Shown: positions 23,957 through 32,357 of the stretch, in pieces
Layout: each line of letters starts with the position of its first letter
How positions within the stretch are numbered: position 1 is the first letter of the stretch
Made by a program: the position numbers and the translations under genes
Notes under the pieces: model-generated
The model's input: the letters and a program-made list of their open reading frames with translations, nothing else
Database searches by the model: none
Told to the model about the DNA's origin: nothing
Virus record (IMG/VR): IMGVR_UViG_3300045988_036764
Coordinates: 1 to 33,045 of that record
Reading direction: 5' to 3' (one strand)
DNA: 33,045 bases
Source of the DNA: a virus

Positions 23957-25865
23957 AAGTATTAACGTATTACTTAGTCTTAAAGACCAATTCACCGCTC
24001 CTATGAAAAAGGCTGGGGATAGTGCGAAAGACACAGAACGCAAGATGGTAGCCATGAAGAATAAGTTAAGCAATTTTGGTAACGGAATTAATAACAAATT
24101 CTTAGGCATTGCTGGTAGCATCGGTAAAATGGGGTTGGCAATGTCAGGATTGGGTGCGTTCGCTAGTGTTGGGGCTATTGTTGAGTATGGTAAAAAGGCA
24201 CTAGAAACGGCTAAAAGTGCAGAGTTATCTCAAACATTATTGCGTAATAGCTTGGCTAATAACAATTCATTGTATGATAAATCCGCACAGTCGCTAGATG
24301 CTGCACAAAAGCAGTTAAACGAATATGCATCTAAATGGGGTCAAGTAGGGGTTATCTCTGCTGGCACTATTCGTGCTGGCTATCAAGAGTTAAATAAATG
24401 GAATGTTCCTGTTGATAAGGTGGACGGACTATCAGAAGCCTTAACAAATCTTGTAGCTGGTAAATTTGGTATTAATGCTACGGCGGAAGATGCACAACTG
24501 GCTTCGCAAGCAATCGGCAGAGCGTTCAATGGTGATGTAGCTGGATTGACTAAGATGAAGATACCTTTAACAGAAGCACAAAAGTTAATCATCAAAAATG
24601 GTACAGAAGCAGAGCGTTTGGCAACTATCAATGAAATAGTTAATGGTACATTCTCTAAACAGAATGAAATACTAGCTAATACACCAGATGGGCAACTAAA
24701 ACGGATGAAGAACCAACAGGCAGCATTAATGGCTACGATTGGTAAAGGGTTATTGCCTATGCAAAAGGCATTTATTGATATGGTTAGCACTATCATGCCT
24801 GTGGTCGCACCTGTAATACAAGACATATTCGGACTGTTTAGCGGTGCATTTACATGGATAGCACAGGTTATCACAGAAAACAAAGAAACCATTAAAACAA
24901 ATCTAACAGAAGGTATGAACGTAGTTAAAAGCGTTCTATCCACTTTAGGTGGTGTTATTAAGTGGTGTGTTGACAATCTTGGGTTCTTAGTACCTGTTCT
25001 TAAAGTAGTTGTAGCTGGGTTTGTTGCTTTTAATGTAATATCTAGCATCTTGCCTATATTGTTATCTATATTCAGTGGTTTTATGACTGTAGTAAAAATT
25101 GTAAGAGTATTGAATATGCTAATGATTGCAAATCCTATGGTGTTTGCATTATATGCCGTGATAGCTGCTATTGCGTTATTAATCTATAACTGGGATACGG
25201 TCAAAGAGGTAGCAATAGGTGTATGGGATGCAATTTCAAGTTATGCTAGTGAATTGTGGGAAAGCCTAGTAAGTGGATGTACTGAATTTGTAAACGGTGT
25301 TATAGAGGTTGTTACTCCTATCTATAACCGCTTCATGGAAATTATGAGCCCTATCTTAGATGGTGTTATGCAAATCTTCAATGGTATTATTGATTTCCTT
25401 GTAGGTGTATTCACAGGTAACTGGGATATGGCCTTTAGTGGTCTAGTCCAAATCTTTAATGGCTACTTTGGAATTATTAAATCTATTGCAGAAGATGTAC
25501 TTGGTTGGGTTCAAGATAAATTACAATGGGCTGGTGAGAAAATCGACTCTATCAAAGAGGGCGGAGCATGGCTATATAACAATACTATAGGCCGTGTAAC
25601 TGGTGAACATAATGCAACTGGTACAGAGTACTGGAAAGGTGGAGCGACATATGTCAACGAAAATCAACGTGGCGAAATTATCAATCTACCGAATGGATCA
25701 CAAGTAATTCCACACGATGAAAGCATGAAACAATTAGCAAGTGGTCGTGGTAATGTAACAGTCAATGTAACAGTACAAGGCAATGTGATTGGGAATGAAG
25801 ACTTCATGGATGCGTGCGGTAGACACGTTACAGATAAAGTAATGTTAGCTATGGGCAATATGTAG
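23949..25865 (+). CDS. Tail tape measure protein
   Basis: 638 aa, helical N-terminal half, central hydrophobic block (LGFLVPVLKVVVAGFVAFNVISSILPILLSIFSGF...). Lies after the chaperone pair. Confidence 0.9.
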   Translation: MAKSINVLLSLKDQFTAPMKKAGDSAKDTERKMVAMKNKLSNFGNGINNKFLGIAGSIGKMGLAMSGLGAFASVGAIVEYGKKALETAKSAELSQTLLRNSLANNNSLYDKSAQSLDAAQKQLNEYASKWGQVGVISAGTIRAGYQELNKWNVPVDKVDGLSEALTNLVAGKFGINATAEDAQLASQAIGRAFNGDVAGLTKMKIPLTEAQKLIIKNGTEAERLATINEIVNGTFSKQNEILANTPDGQLKRMKNQQAALMATIGKGLLPMQKAFIDMVSTIMPVVAPVIQDIFGLFSGAFTWIAQVITENKETIKTNLTEGMNVVKSVLSTLGGVIKWCVDNLGFLVPVLKVVVAGFVAFNVISSILPILLSIFSGFMTVVKIVRVLNMLMIANPMVFALYAVIAAIALLIYNWDTVKEVAIGVWDAISSYASELWESLVSGCTEFVNGVIEVVTPIYNRFMEIMSPILDGVMQIFNGIIDFLVGVFTGNWDMAFSGLVQIFNGYFGIIKSIAEDVLGWVQDKLQWAGEKIDSIKEGGAWLYNNTIGRVTGEHNATGTEYWKGGATYVNENQRGEIINLPNGSQVIPHDESMKQLASGRGNVTVNVTVQGNVIGNEDFMDACGRHVTDKVMLAMGNM

Positions 25866-25875
25866 GGGGTGTGAA

Positions 25876-26538
25876 ATGAGCTTTCAAGACAACGCTAAAA
25901 GCATAATGAAGCAACGCTTAATGACGAAACAAGCGGACTTGCAAAAGTTAGCGGTAACTCGTGCTACTAAGTTTGCTGATAAAATTTCACATGGTCTAGT
26001 CGGTAAGATTTTAGATTATGCCGAACGAAAACCAACTACAGATATTGTATTTCACTCTGAATTAACAGATGAATACATTACATTGCCTGTAGTACCTAAC
26101 CCTTTACCTACGATTAGTGAGCCACAATCTAACGAAACATTTAATGGTCTTAGGGGCGATATTAAACTCATAGGGCCTTTAGGACTGCGAACACTAACAC
26201 TAGATAATATCTTGTTACCGATTAATAAGGATTACTCATTTATTCGTGGTAATGGTAGCGATGGACTACAATGCTTGCAATTCTTTCAAGCACAACGGCA
26301 GATGAAAGCCGTGATGCGGATATGTATTATTCAATCTGATGGGAATGAAATCCTTAATATGCCATGTGTCATTAATGATCTATCTTACACATATGATAAG
26401 GTTGGAGATATTAAGGCAACAATAGGCATTGAAGAGTATGTATATACTAATACATCAACTACGGCTCAATCTTCGACTGGTGGCGAAAATAAGGCTACAG
26501 ATACAAAAGCTACTGATAGTAAGGCGGTTAAGAAATGA
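25876..26538 (+). CDS. Tail/baseplate protein (position of XkdP; no LysM seen)
   Basis: 220-aa ORF with SD GGGGGTG, located between the tape-measure and XkdQ-like genes. Confidence 0.45.
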   Translation: MSFQDNAKSIMKQRLMTKQADLQKLAVTRATKFADKISHGLVGKILDYAERKPTTDIVFHSELTDEYITLPVVPNPLPTISEPQSNETFNGLRGDIKLIGPLGLRTLTLDNILLPINKDYSFIRGNGSDGLQCLQFFQAQRQMKAVMRICIIQSDGNEILNMPCVINDLSYTYDKVGDIKATIGIEEYVYTNTSTTAQSSTGGENKATDTKATDSKAVKK

Positions 26539-28019
26539 AGTTACAGTATACGAACACAACTAAAGGAAAAGATGGTAAAGATGTTACTGAAACACGTGAA
26601 ATTACTGCCTACACAAATAACTATCAAAGGTCAGATGGTATTGATACATTAGGTCAAGAATTTACCTTTGATTTAGCAGATAACCCTTTTGATTTTAATC
26701 TTATGGGTACACGGCTTGCGATTGGTGGCAAGATTGAGTTTAGTAACCAACTAAGCAATAATAACAAGAGTGCTACAACAAAGCTGAACGAAGAGCAACA
26801 AGAACAAGTTATATTCCAAGGCATCGTGGTAGCAGAGAAACAAAGCGGTGCTAACAAATATAGTTACACTTGCTTTGATTACTGCTTTTATCTCAACAAA
26901 TCAGAGATAGAAATTCAATTCAATGGTGTTAGTGGCCTTGAAGCTATTAAAAAGGTGTGTAGTGAGAACAACGTGCCTTTGGGTAATGTGGCTGATATTA
27001 AGACGAATATCAAGAAGATATATCAAGGTGAAACAGTATCAGATGTTATCAAGGATATTATCAAGCAAGCCACAGAAGAAACTGGCTATAAATACCGCTT
27101 AGAATACAGAGATGGCAAGGTACACGTTGAGGACTACAAAGATTTAGTGCTAGATAAGGTTATCACTCAACCTATCAATAATTACTCAAGAGATTTAAGT
27201 ATGGAAGATATGCGTAATAGCATCGTGGCTATATCTCAAAAAGAAAAGAGTACATCGGTTAAGTCAACTATTCAAGATGATGAAAGCATCAAGAAATATG
27301 GCTTAATCAAGAAGATTGTTAAGGTTGATGATAAGAAGCAAGCACAGACCGCTCAAATTGCTAAAAAGACAATTCAAGATACAAATAAGGTAGCTGAAAA
27401 GTTAAACCTAACATTATTAGGTGATGATACAGTAAGGAGTGGTCGCATTATTATAATTGATGATTACACAGTGGACATACACGATAAATTCATAGTAGAA
27501 AACTGCAAACATAATTATGGAGTTAACCATACTATGACATTAGATCTAAAACGTGTAACTAAAGAACTTGATACAAGCAAGTATAAAACAAGCACTACTA
27601 AAACTGTTACACCAAATGCAACGAATAGTACTGCTAATGCAACACAGGTTGATGCTGGTATGAACGCACTCAACGGATATGAAAGCGTATATCGTGATAA
27701 TGGGTGCGTTGATGTGGCAGTTAAGGCTGGTTCATATTACAGTCCATTCTTAAAGCAACAAGCTGATATGGGTGTAGCAGATGTACCAACATTAGTTGGT
27801 AATGCACAAAACGCTGGATATAAAGTAGAAGCCTTTGATGGTTATGCTAAGAAAGGCGATATTCTTGTATATGGGAATAATCAACATGTTATTATTTCCG
27901 ATGGTGCTGGCGGTGGTTTTGGTAATAGTAGCAGTAAAGGTCATGCAATGTTTTATTCTGATGCTAATAACGCATGGCACACGAACGAAGCACCATCTAA
28001 AGTAATTAGAATGTCATAG
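26535..28019 (+). CDS. XkdQ-like baseplate hub protein with C-terminal Cys/His peptidase-like domain
   Basis: The N-terminal roughly 330 aa resemble the XkdQ/late control D-like family (IFQGIVVAEKQSG..YSYTCFDYCFYLNKSE). The C-terminal roughly 130 aa read ...YRDNGCVDVAVKAGSYY...AKKGDILVYGNNQHVIISDG..., i.e. papain-fold-like. Confidence 0.6.
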   Translation: MKLQYTNTTKGKDGKDVTETREITAYTNNYQRSDGIDTLGQEFTFDLADNPFDFNLMGTRLAIGGKIEFSNQLSNNNKSATTKLNEEQQEQVIFQGIVVAEKQSGANKYSYTCFDYCFYLNKSEIEIQFNGVSGLEAIKKVCSENNVPLGNVADIKTNIKKIYQGETVSDVIKDIIKQATEETGYKYRLEYRDGKVHVEDYKDLVLDKVITQPINNYSRDLSMEDMRNSIVAISQKEKSTSVKSTIQDDESIKKYGLIKKIVKVDDKKQAQTAQIAKKTIQDTNKVAEKLNLTLLGDDTVRSGRIIIIDDYTVDIHDKFIVENCKHNYGVNHTMTLDLKRVTKELDTSKYKTSTTKTVTPNATNSTANATQVDAGMNALNGYESVYRDNGCVDVAVKAGSYYSPFLKQQADMGVADVPTLVGNAQNAGYKVEAFDGYAKKGDILVYGNNQHVIISDGAGGGFGNSSSKGHAMFYSDANNAWHTNEAPSKVIRMS

Positions 28020-28027
28020 GGGGATAT

Positions 28028-28405
28028 ATGGAAGAGTGGCATAGTCAAATGGCATCTATGTTCAAAGAGCGAACTAACCCTATACGGATAGGTGCTTGTT
28101 TAGGTGAGGTTATCAGTACTTCACCGTGGAAGGTAGCTATTAGAGATGGTAAGTTTTTGATAGATGCATCTAATGGTTATGTATGCTTTCAATTAATTCA
28201 CCATATCACTACATACTCTTATCGACATAGTGGACAAATGACACATAAAGGGTGTCCTGCTGGCCCTAAATCTGATTACGATGCACAGGGTGAGGGTAAG
28301 ATAGTGCTTAATGAATTATGGAAAGCTGGCGATAAAGTACTTGTTATTCCAGATGAAAACGAACAACATTTCTTTATCGTTGATATAGTTAAGGAAGGTG
28401 TGTAA
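28028..28405 (+). CDS. XkdR-like baseplate protein (DUF2577-like)
   Basis: The sequence MFKERTNPIRIGACLGEVISTSPWKVAIRDGKFLID, together with gene order. Confidence 0.6.
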   Translation: MEEWHSQMASMFKERTNPIRIGACLGEVISTSPWKVAIRDGKFLIDASNGYVCFQLIHHITTYSYRHSGQMTHKGCPAGPKSDYDAQGEGKIVLNELWKAGDKVLVIPDENEQHFFIVDIVKEGV

Positions 28406-28842
28406 TGTTTCCTACAGATTACAACTTCACTAATTCCATTCAATCTACTAAAACGGCTACAAACGCACAACACAAGGTGGGGCGGTCATTTAAATTCGAC
28501 TATAAGACACATCGTTTTGTATTTGAAGATGGCCGCAATGTAGAAGATACGCAGATTGAAGCAATTAAACAATGGATTGAGTTATTTATTCGGACTGAAA
28601 TGAAGAAATACTTAATCTATAGTGATAGCTTTGGGTTGGATCTAACTAAGCTATTAGGGTACAGATTGCCACGAGCATATAAAGTATCTGAAATAAAAAG
28701 GAGAATAACCGAAGGTATCATGAACAAAGTACCATGTGTTGTAGTTGTCAAAGATTGGCAATTCAATGCTGGTATTTTTTATTTCACAGTAGTTACTAAT
28801 ACAGGGGAAGAGGTGAAGATAGAACATGAATTCGAATTATAG
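28405..28842 (+). CDS. XkdS-like baseplate wedge protein (DUF2634 / gp25-like)
   Basis: The sequence GRSFKFDYKTHRFVFEDGRNVEDTQIEAIKQWIELFIRTE, together with gene order. Confidence 0.6.
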   Translation: MFPTDYNFTNSIQSTKTATNAQHKVGRSFKFDYKTHRFVFEDGRNVEDTQIEAIKQWIELFIRTEMKKYLIYSDSFGLDLTKLLGYRLPRAYKVSEIKRRITEGIMNKVPCVVVVKDWQFNAGIFYFTVVTNTGEEVKIEHEFEL

Positions 28843-29905
28843 TGTTGATAGCATCCATAATACGATGCTTGAAAACATTGACGATGCGTATCAGAAAACC
28901 GAAGGCTTTCCAACGTATGACATAACAAGAGGTGAAGCATTTGCTTTACTCGAACTGTGGAAGAAGGCGGAAGAAATTGAACGCAAACAAAATGTGGATA
29001 ACTTAACAGGTGATGAACTAACAAGGGTAGTGTTCCAACGCAAAGGAACGCAACGAAAGTTAGCAACTAAGGCAGTATGTAACTTGCGTATTGTTGATGG
29101 TAACGGCACTATCCACGAGGGCGATTTATTCGAAAGTGAAAGCGGTATTCAATATGAGTCGCTAGAAAACAAGGATGTAGTAAATAACTCTATCATCAAA
29201 ATAAGATGCACTAAAGCTGGTGCAGTTGGTAATGTTCCTAAAGGCACAATAACCCAAATGCCTATTACTATTGCTGGTATCAATGCAGTAATCAATGATG
29301 ATGCTGCCAAAGGTGGAGAAGATGAGGAAGCGGATGATGATTTGCGTGAACGCTACTATGAAGAGTTAAGAGAACCAGCTACGAGTGGCAATGATTACCA
29401 TTATAAGCAATGGGCCAAAGAGGTAGAAGGTGTAGGTGAAGCTAATGTAATAGGCTTATGGAATGGTAACAATACTGTTAAGGTAGTTATCATCAATTCT
29501 GATAGAAAGGCAGCAAGTACCGATTTAGTTAAGCGTGTACAAGATTACATAGACCCAGATAGTAAAGGTATAGGCGATGGACAAGCACCTATAGGGGCAC
29601 ATTGTACTGTTGTTAGTGCTACAGAGGTGCCTATCAATATTGATGTAAGAGGTGTACAACACACTACATCTGCTACTAAATCTACTATTACAAATGACAT
29701 TACCGAAGCCGTAACTGCTTACCTAAAGAAGATAGCCTTTAAACAAAACTATGTATCAGTTGCACAGATTAGTAACATTATCATTGATAATGCTGGTGTT
29801 ACTGACTATGAAAGTGTAACTGTAAATGGACAGACAACTAAAATTAATCTAACAAATGAACAAGTTGCCGTATTAGGTACAGTTAGCGTGGCTTTAAATG
29901 ACTAA
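28826..29905 (+). CDS. Baseplate J-like protein (XkdT-like)
   Basis: 359 aa. The sequence ...LTRVVFQRKGTQRKLATKAVCNLRIVDGNGTIHEGDLFESESGIQYES...DDLRERYYEEL fits the Baseplate_J pattern. Confidence 0.8.
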   Translation: MNSNYSVDSIHNTMLENIDDAYQKTEGFPTYDITRGEAFALLELWKKAEEIERKQNVDNLTGDELTRVVFQRKGTQRKLATKAVCNLRIVDGNGTIHEGDLFESESGIQYESLENKDVVNNSIIKIRCTKAGAVGNVPKGTITQMPITIAGINAVINDDAAKGGEDEEADDDLRERYYEELREPATSGNDYHYKQWAKEVEGVGEANVIGLWNGNNTVKVVIINSDRKAASTDLVKRVQDYIDPDSKGIGDGQAPIGAHCTVVSATEVPINIDVRGVQHTTSATKSTITNDITEAVTAYLKKIAFKQNYVSVAQISNIIIDNAGVTDYESVTVNGQTTKINLTNEQVAVLGTVSVALND

Positions 29906-30515
29906 TACAGACTTCAAAGAATATGCATTAAAAGCCATTAATAAGATGTATCGTAATGATCCATGGGTTAGAGAATTATATCAAGCTGCAGGATTGCAAT
30001 TACAAGATATAGATGAACTACTAGATGTGTTACTAGATAATGGCTTCTTTGATGCGGTAGGTGAACGTGGTTTAAAGGTTTACGAAAAAGATTTAGGCAT
30101 CAAAGGTGATGGCTCAATTGAACAACGCAGATCCATAGTGCAAATGTTATGGAATAATAACGGCAAGTGTACGCTAGATAGAATTAGGGCAATCGTTAAA
30201 ACATTCGTTCTTGATGATGTAGATGTTCAGTTTGAAGATGGTGTATTAAAGTTAGAGTTTAACAACTCATCCTTTGTATATGCTATACCACAAATTAGAA
30301 GCAACTTGACTGTGGTGAAACCTTCACATATTGGATTAAGTATTAATGATGTGCATAGCGTTGATACTGATTTATATGCTGGTAGCATTGTTACTACATT
30401 TGAAACTACTACCATAAATCCGATGGTAGGTTTTAACTCAACGCTAGATGATGCATCTATAGTGGCTGGTGTATACATTACTAAAGCCAATGTGATTAAT
30501 TATATTAATTGTTAA
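29898..30515 (+). CDS. XkdU-like tail protein (DUF2313 / P2 gpI-like)
   Basis: The sequence YRNDPWVRELYQAAGLQLQDIDELLDVLLDNGFFDAVGERGLKVYEKDLGI. Confidence 0.7.
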   Translation: MTNTDFKEYALKAINKMYRNDPWVRELYQAAGLQLQDIDELLDVLLDNGFFDAVGERGLKVYEKDLGIKGDGSIEQRRSIVQMLWNNNGKCTLDRIRAIVKTFVLDDVDVQFEDGVLKLEFNNSSFVYAIPQIRSNLTVVKPSHIGLSINDVHSVDTDLYAGSIVTTFETTTINPMVGFNSTLDDASIVAGVYITKANVINYINC

Positions 30516-30526
30516 GGGGGTATATA

Positions 30527-31474
30527 ATGCCTAGTCAATATCCACAGAACGTGGTAACTAAAAACGGATTGGCAATGATTGCCGAAAGTGTGGCAACACG
30601 AAAGAATTTAATATTTACACGTGTAGTAGTAGGTGATGGAGATGCTACAGGTCGTAATTTTAATGATATGACTTCTGTAATTTCTCCTAAAATGGAACTG
30701 CCAGTAACAAGCGGTGTAAACGAGGGGAATGGTCAATATTTAATTACAGCCACTCTATCCAACAACACTTTAAATGTAGGCTTCTTCCCACGTGAAGTTG
30801 GACTATATGCAAAAGTAGATGGTAAAGCAGAAATGCTATATAGCTATACAAACGGTGGCAATAATGTAGGCTATGTGCCAGATAAGACTACACCGATTGA
30901 TAGCGAAATTTATAAAATCAGAACAGTAATTGGTAATGCAAAAAACATCACTATCAATATGTCTGATAGTACATTTGTTACTAAAGGTGAACTAGATAGA
31001 TATGTTGCTATTAATTCTGGTGCTTATATCAAGGATGCGAATAAAACTAATACAGGACTATCACTGATTAAAGGTGATAACACATCGAAGGTACTTGATT
31101 TTATTACTGCTAATTACAGTGATAGTGATACAAATAAAGTGCTTAATTTATCAACCCTTAAAAGCTTGTTGGGGCAAGGTGCCATAGTAGCATCTAAACT
31201 AACCAACAATGGTGGCTTTATTAAATTTGCTAACGGTTTCACTATCCAATGGGGAATTGGCGGTCAAGATAACGTAACTAAGTCAGAGGTAACCTTCCCA
31301 ATTAGATTTACTACTTTATTCATGGCTAATGCTATTGATGCATATTGGAGTGGTTCTGATACACCGAGATATTTTGCAAATTCTGCTAACGAAAGCAACA
31401 ATACAAAAGCGACATTTGTAGCAAGTGATAGATATGCAGCATCATATTATTGGTTTGCATTAGGAATGGCATAA
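30527..31474 (+). CDS. Tail fibre protein
   Basis: ATG follows AAGGGGG. N-terminus VVTKNGLAMIAESVATRKNLIFTRVVVGDGD resembles the conserved N-terminal domain of P2 gpH-type fibres. Confidence 0.7.
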   Translation: MPSQYPQNVVTKNGLAMIAESVATRKNLIFTRVVVGDGDATGRNFNDMTSVISPKMELPVTSGVNEGNGQYLITATLSNNTLNVGFFPREVGLYAKVDGKAEMLYSYTNGGNNVGYVPDKTTPIDSEIYKIRTVIGNAKNITINMSDSTFVTKGELDRYVAINSGAYIKDANKTNTGLSLIKGDNTSKVLDFITANYSDSDTNKVLNLSTLKSLLGQGAIVASKLTNNGGFIKFANGFTIQWGIGGQDNVTKSEVTFPIRFTTLFMANAIDAYWSGSDTPRYFANSANESNNTKATFVASDRYAASYYWFALGMA

Positions 31475-31490
31475 TAGAAGGAGAAAACAC

Positions 31491-31883
31491 ATGAACCAAT
31501 ATGTATTCGTATTAAATGAACAAGGTGAACGTATTACATCTTTTGTTGACAATATAATTAGCAAAGATGAATTACTAGATCATGCTAAAAAAGAATGGCC
31601 AAATGCAGCGGATTATATCTACTCCACAGACGGTGATAGCATGCTAGATGAATTTATGGCTGGCAAGTTTTATGTAAATGGTGAGTTTGTAATTCCACAA
31701 CCAAAAGAACCAACTAAGGCTGAACAAATTGCAGAAATTAAAAATTACTATGATAAACGATTTGATGCCCTTGATAAAGCCGTATTGCGTAGACGATTAG
31801 CGAATGCGGATATTAGTGATTTGCAAGCACAATATAAAACTTTACAAGCTGAAATGGTAACTAAAATTAAGGCGGTGAAATAA
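31491..31883 (+). CDS. Hypothetical protein, possible fibre assembly factor (by position)
   Basis: SD AAGGAG lies upstream. 130 aa. No motif recognised. Confidence 0.45.
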   Translation: MNQYVFVLNEQGERITSFVDNIISKDELLDHAKKEWPNAADYIYSTDGDSMLDEFMAGKFYVNGEFVIPQPKEPTKAEQIAEIKNYYDKRFDALDKAVLRRRLANADISDLQAQYKTLQAEMVTKIKAVK

Positions 31884-31884
31884 T

Positions 31885-32046
31885 ATGGAAGAAATCAAAA
31901 GCAATGTACCTGTAATGCGTTTTTGTGAATATTGTTGGGCCACTTTAAATGAAAATGGCACTTGCCCTACAGAGGGTTGCATTCATAATGATCTAATGGA
32001 TTTAGAAGAGGATGATGCGGATGTTACCAGTCCAACACAACTTTAA
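31885..32046 (+). CDS. Small zinc-ribbon-like protein (53 aa), not in the ORF track
   Basis: Translation: [53 protein letters not shown] (CxxC...CxxxxC). Confidence 0.45.
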   Translation: MEEIKSNVPVMRFCEYCWATLNENGTCPTEGCIHNDLMDLEEDDADVTSPTQL

Positions 32047-32356
32047 TGTCATTAAAGGGGAAGCAATCACTCTAAATGTTGGATATACAAATGCAGTAGA
32101 CAGCGAAAGCCTATTTGCATGTGTTAGAAAATATCCAACGGATGATGAGTATAAGGCAAAGTTTGATGTGGCAGTATCACAAGAGGGGTTAGAAGGTGAT
32201 GAATTGAGTAAAATCATCTTATCATTGGATACCAACACATTAGACTATGGCAAGTACTATTGGGATTTATTCATATGGAGTGGCGAAAAGCCTATTAAAT
32301 GTCTGATAAAAGGTGAAATAACAATAGCTGAAGGCATCAGCAATAGGGGGAAATAA
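32021..32356 (+). CDS. Hypothetical tail-fibre-module protein
   Basis: ATG at 32021 has the best spacing from AGAGGA. Translation begins [22 protein letters not shown]... and looks beta-rich. Confidence 0.5.
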   Translation: MLPVQHNFNVIKGEAITLNVGYTNAVDSESLFACVRKYPTDDEYKAKFDVAVSQEGLEGDELSKIILSLDTNTLDYGKYYWDLFIWSGEKPIKCLIKGEITIAEGISNRGK

Positions 32357-32357
32357 T

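Noticed and set aside
24383-25048. 221-aa minus-strand ORF
   Set aside because: It lies entirely antisense to the tape-measure gene. It has no SD and a low-complexity Thr/Pro/Ser-rich translation. It is a shadow ORF of a strongly supported + strand gene.
2662-32020. TGATGCGG single orientation as Type III restriction evasion, or as a codon-usage by-product
   Set aside because: Orientation bias alone would fit Type III evasion. That would predict depletion, however, not large enrichment. Codon usage cannot explain the copies in non-coding hairpins, in a different frame, or antisense within minus-strand genes. GAT GCA is also widely used for Asp-Ala elsewhere in the window.
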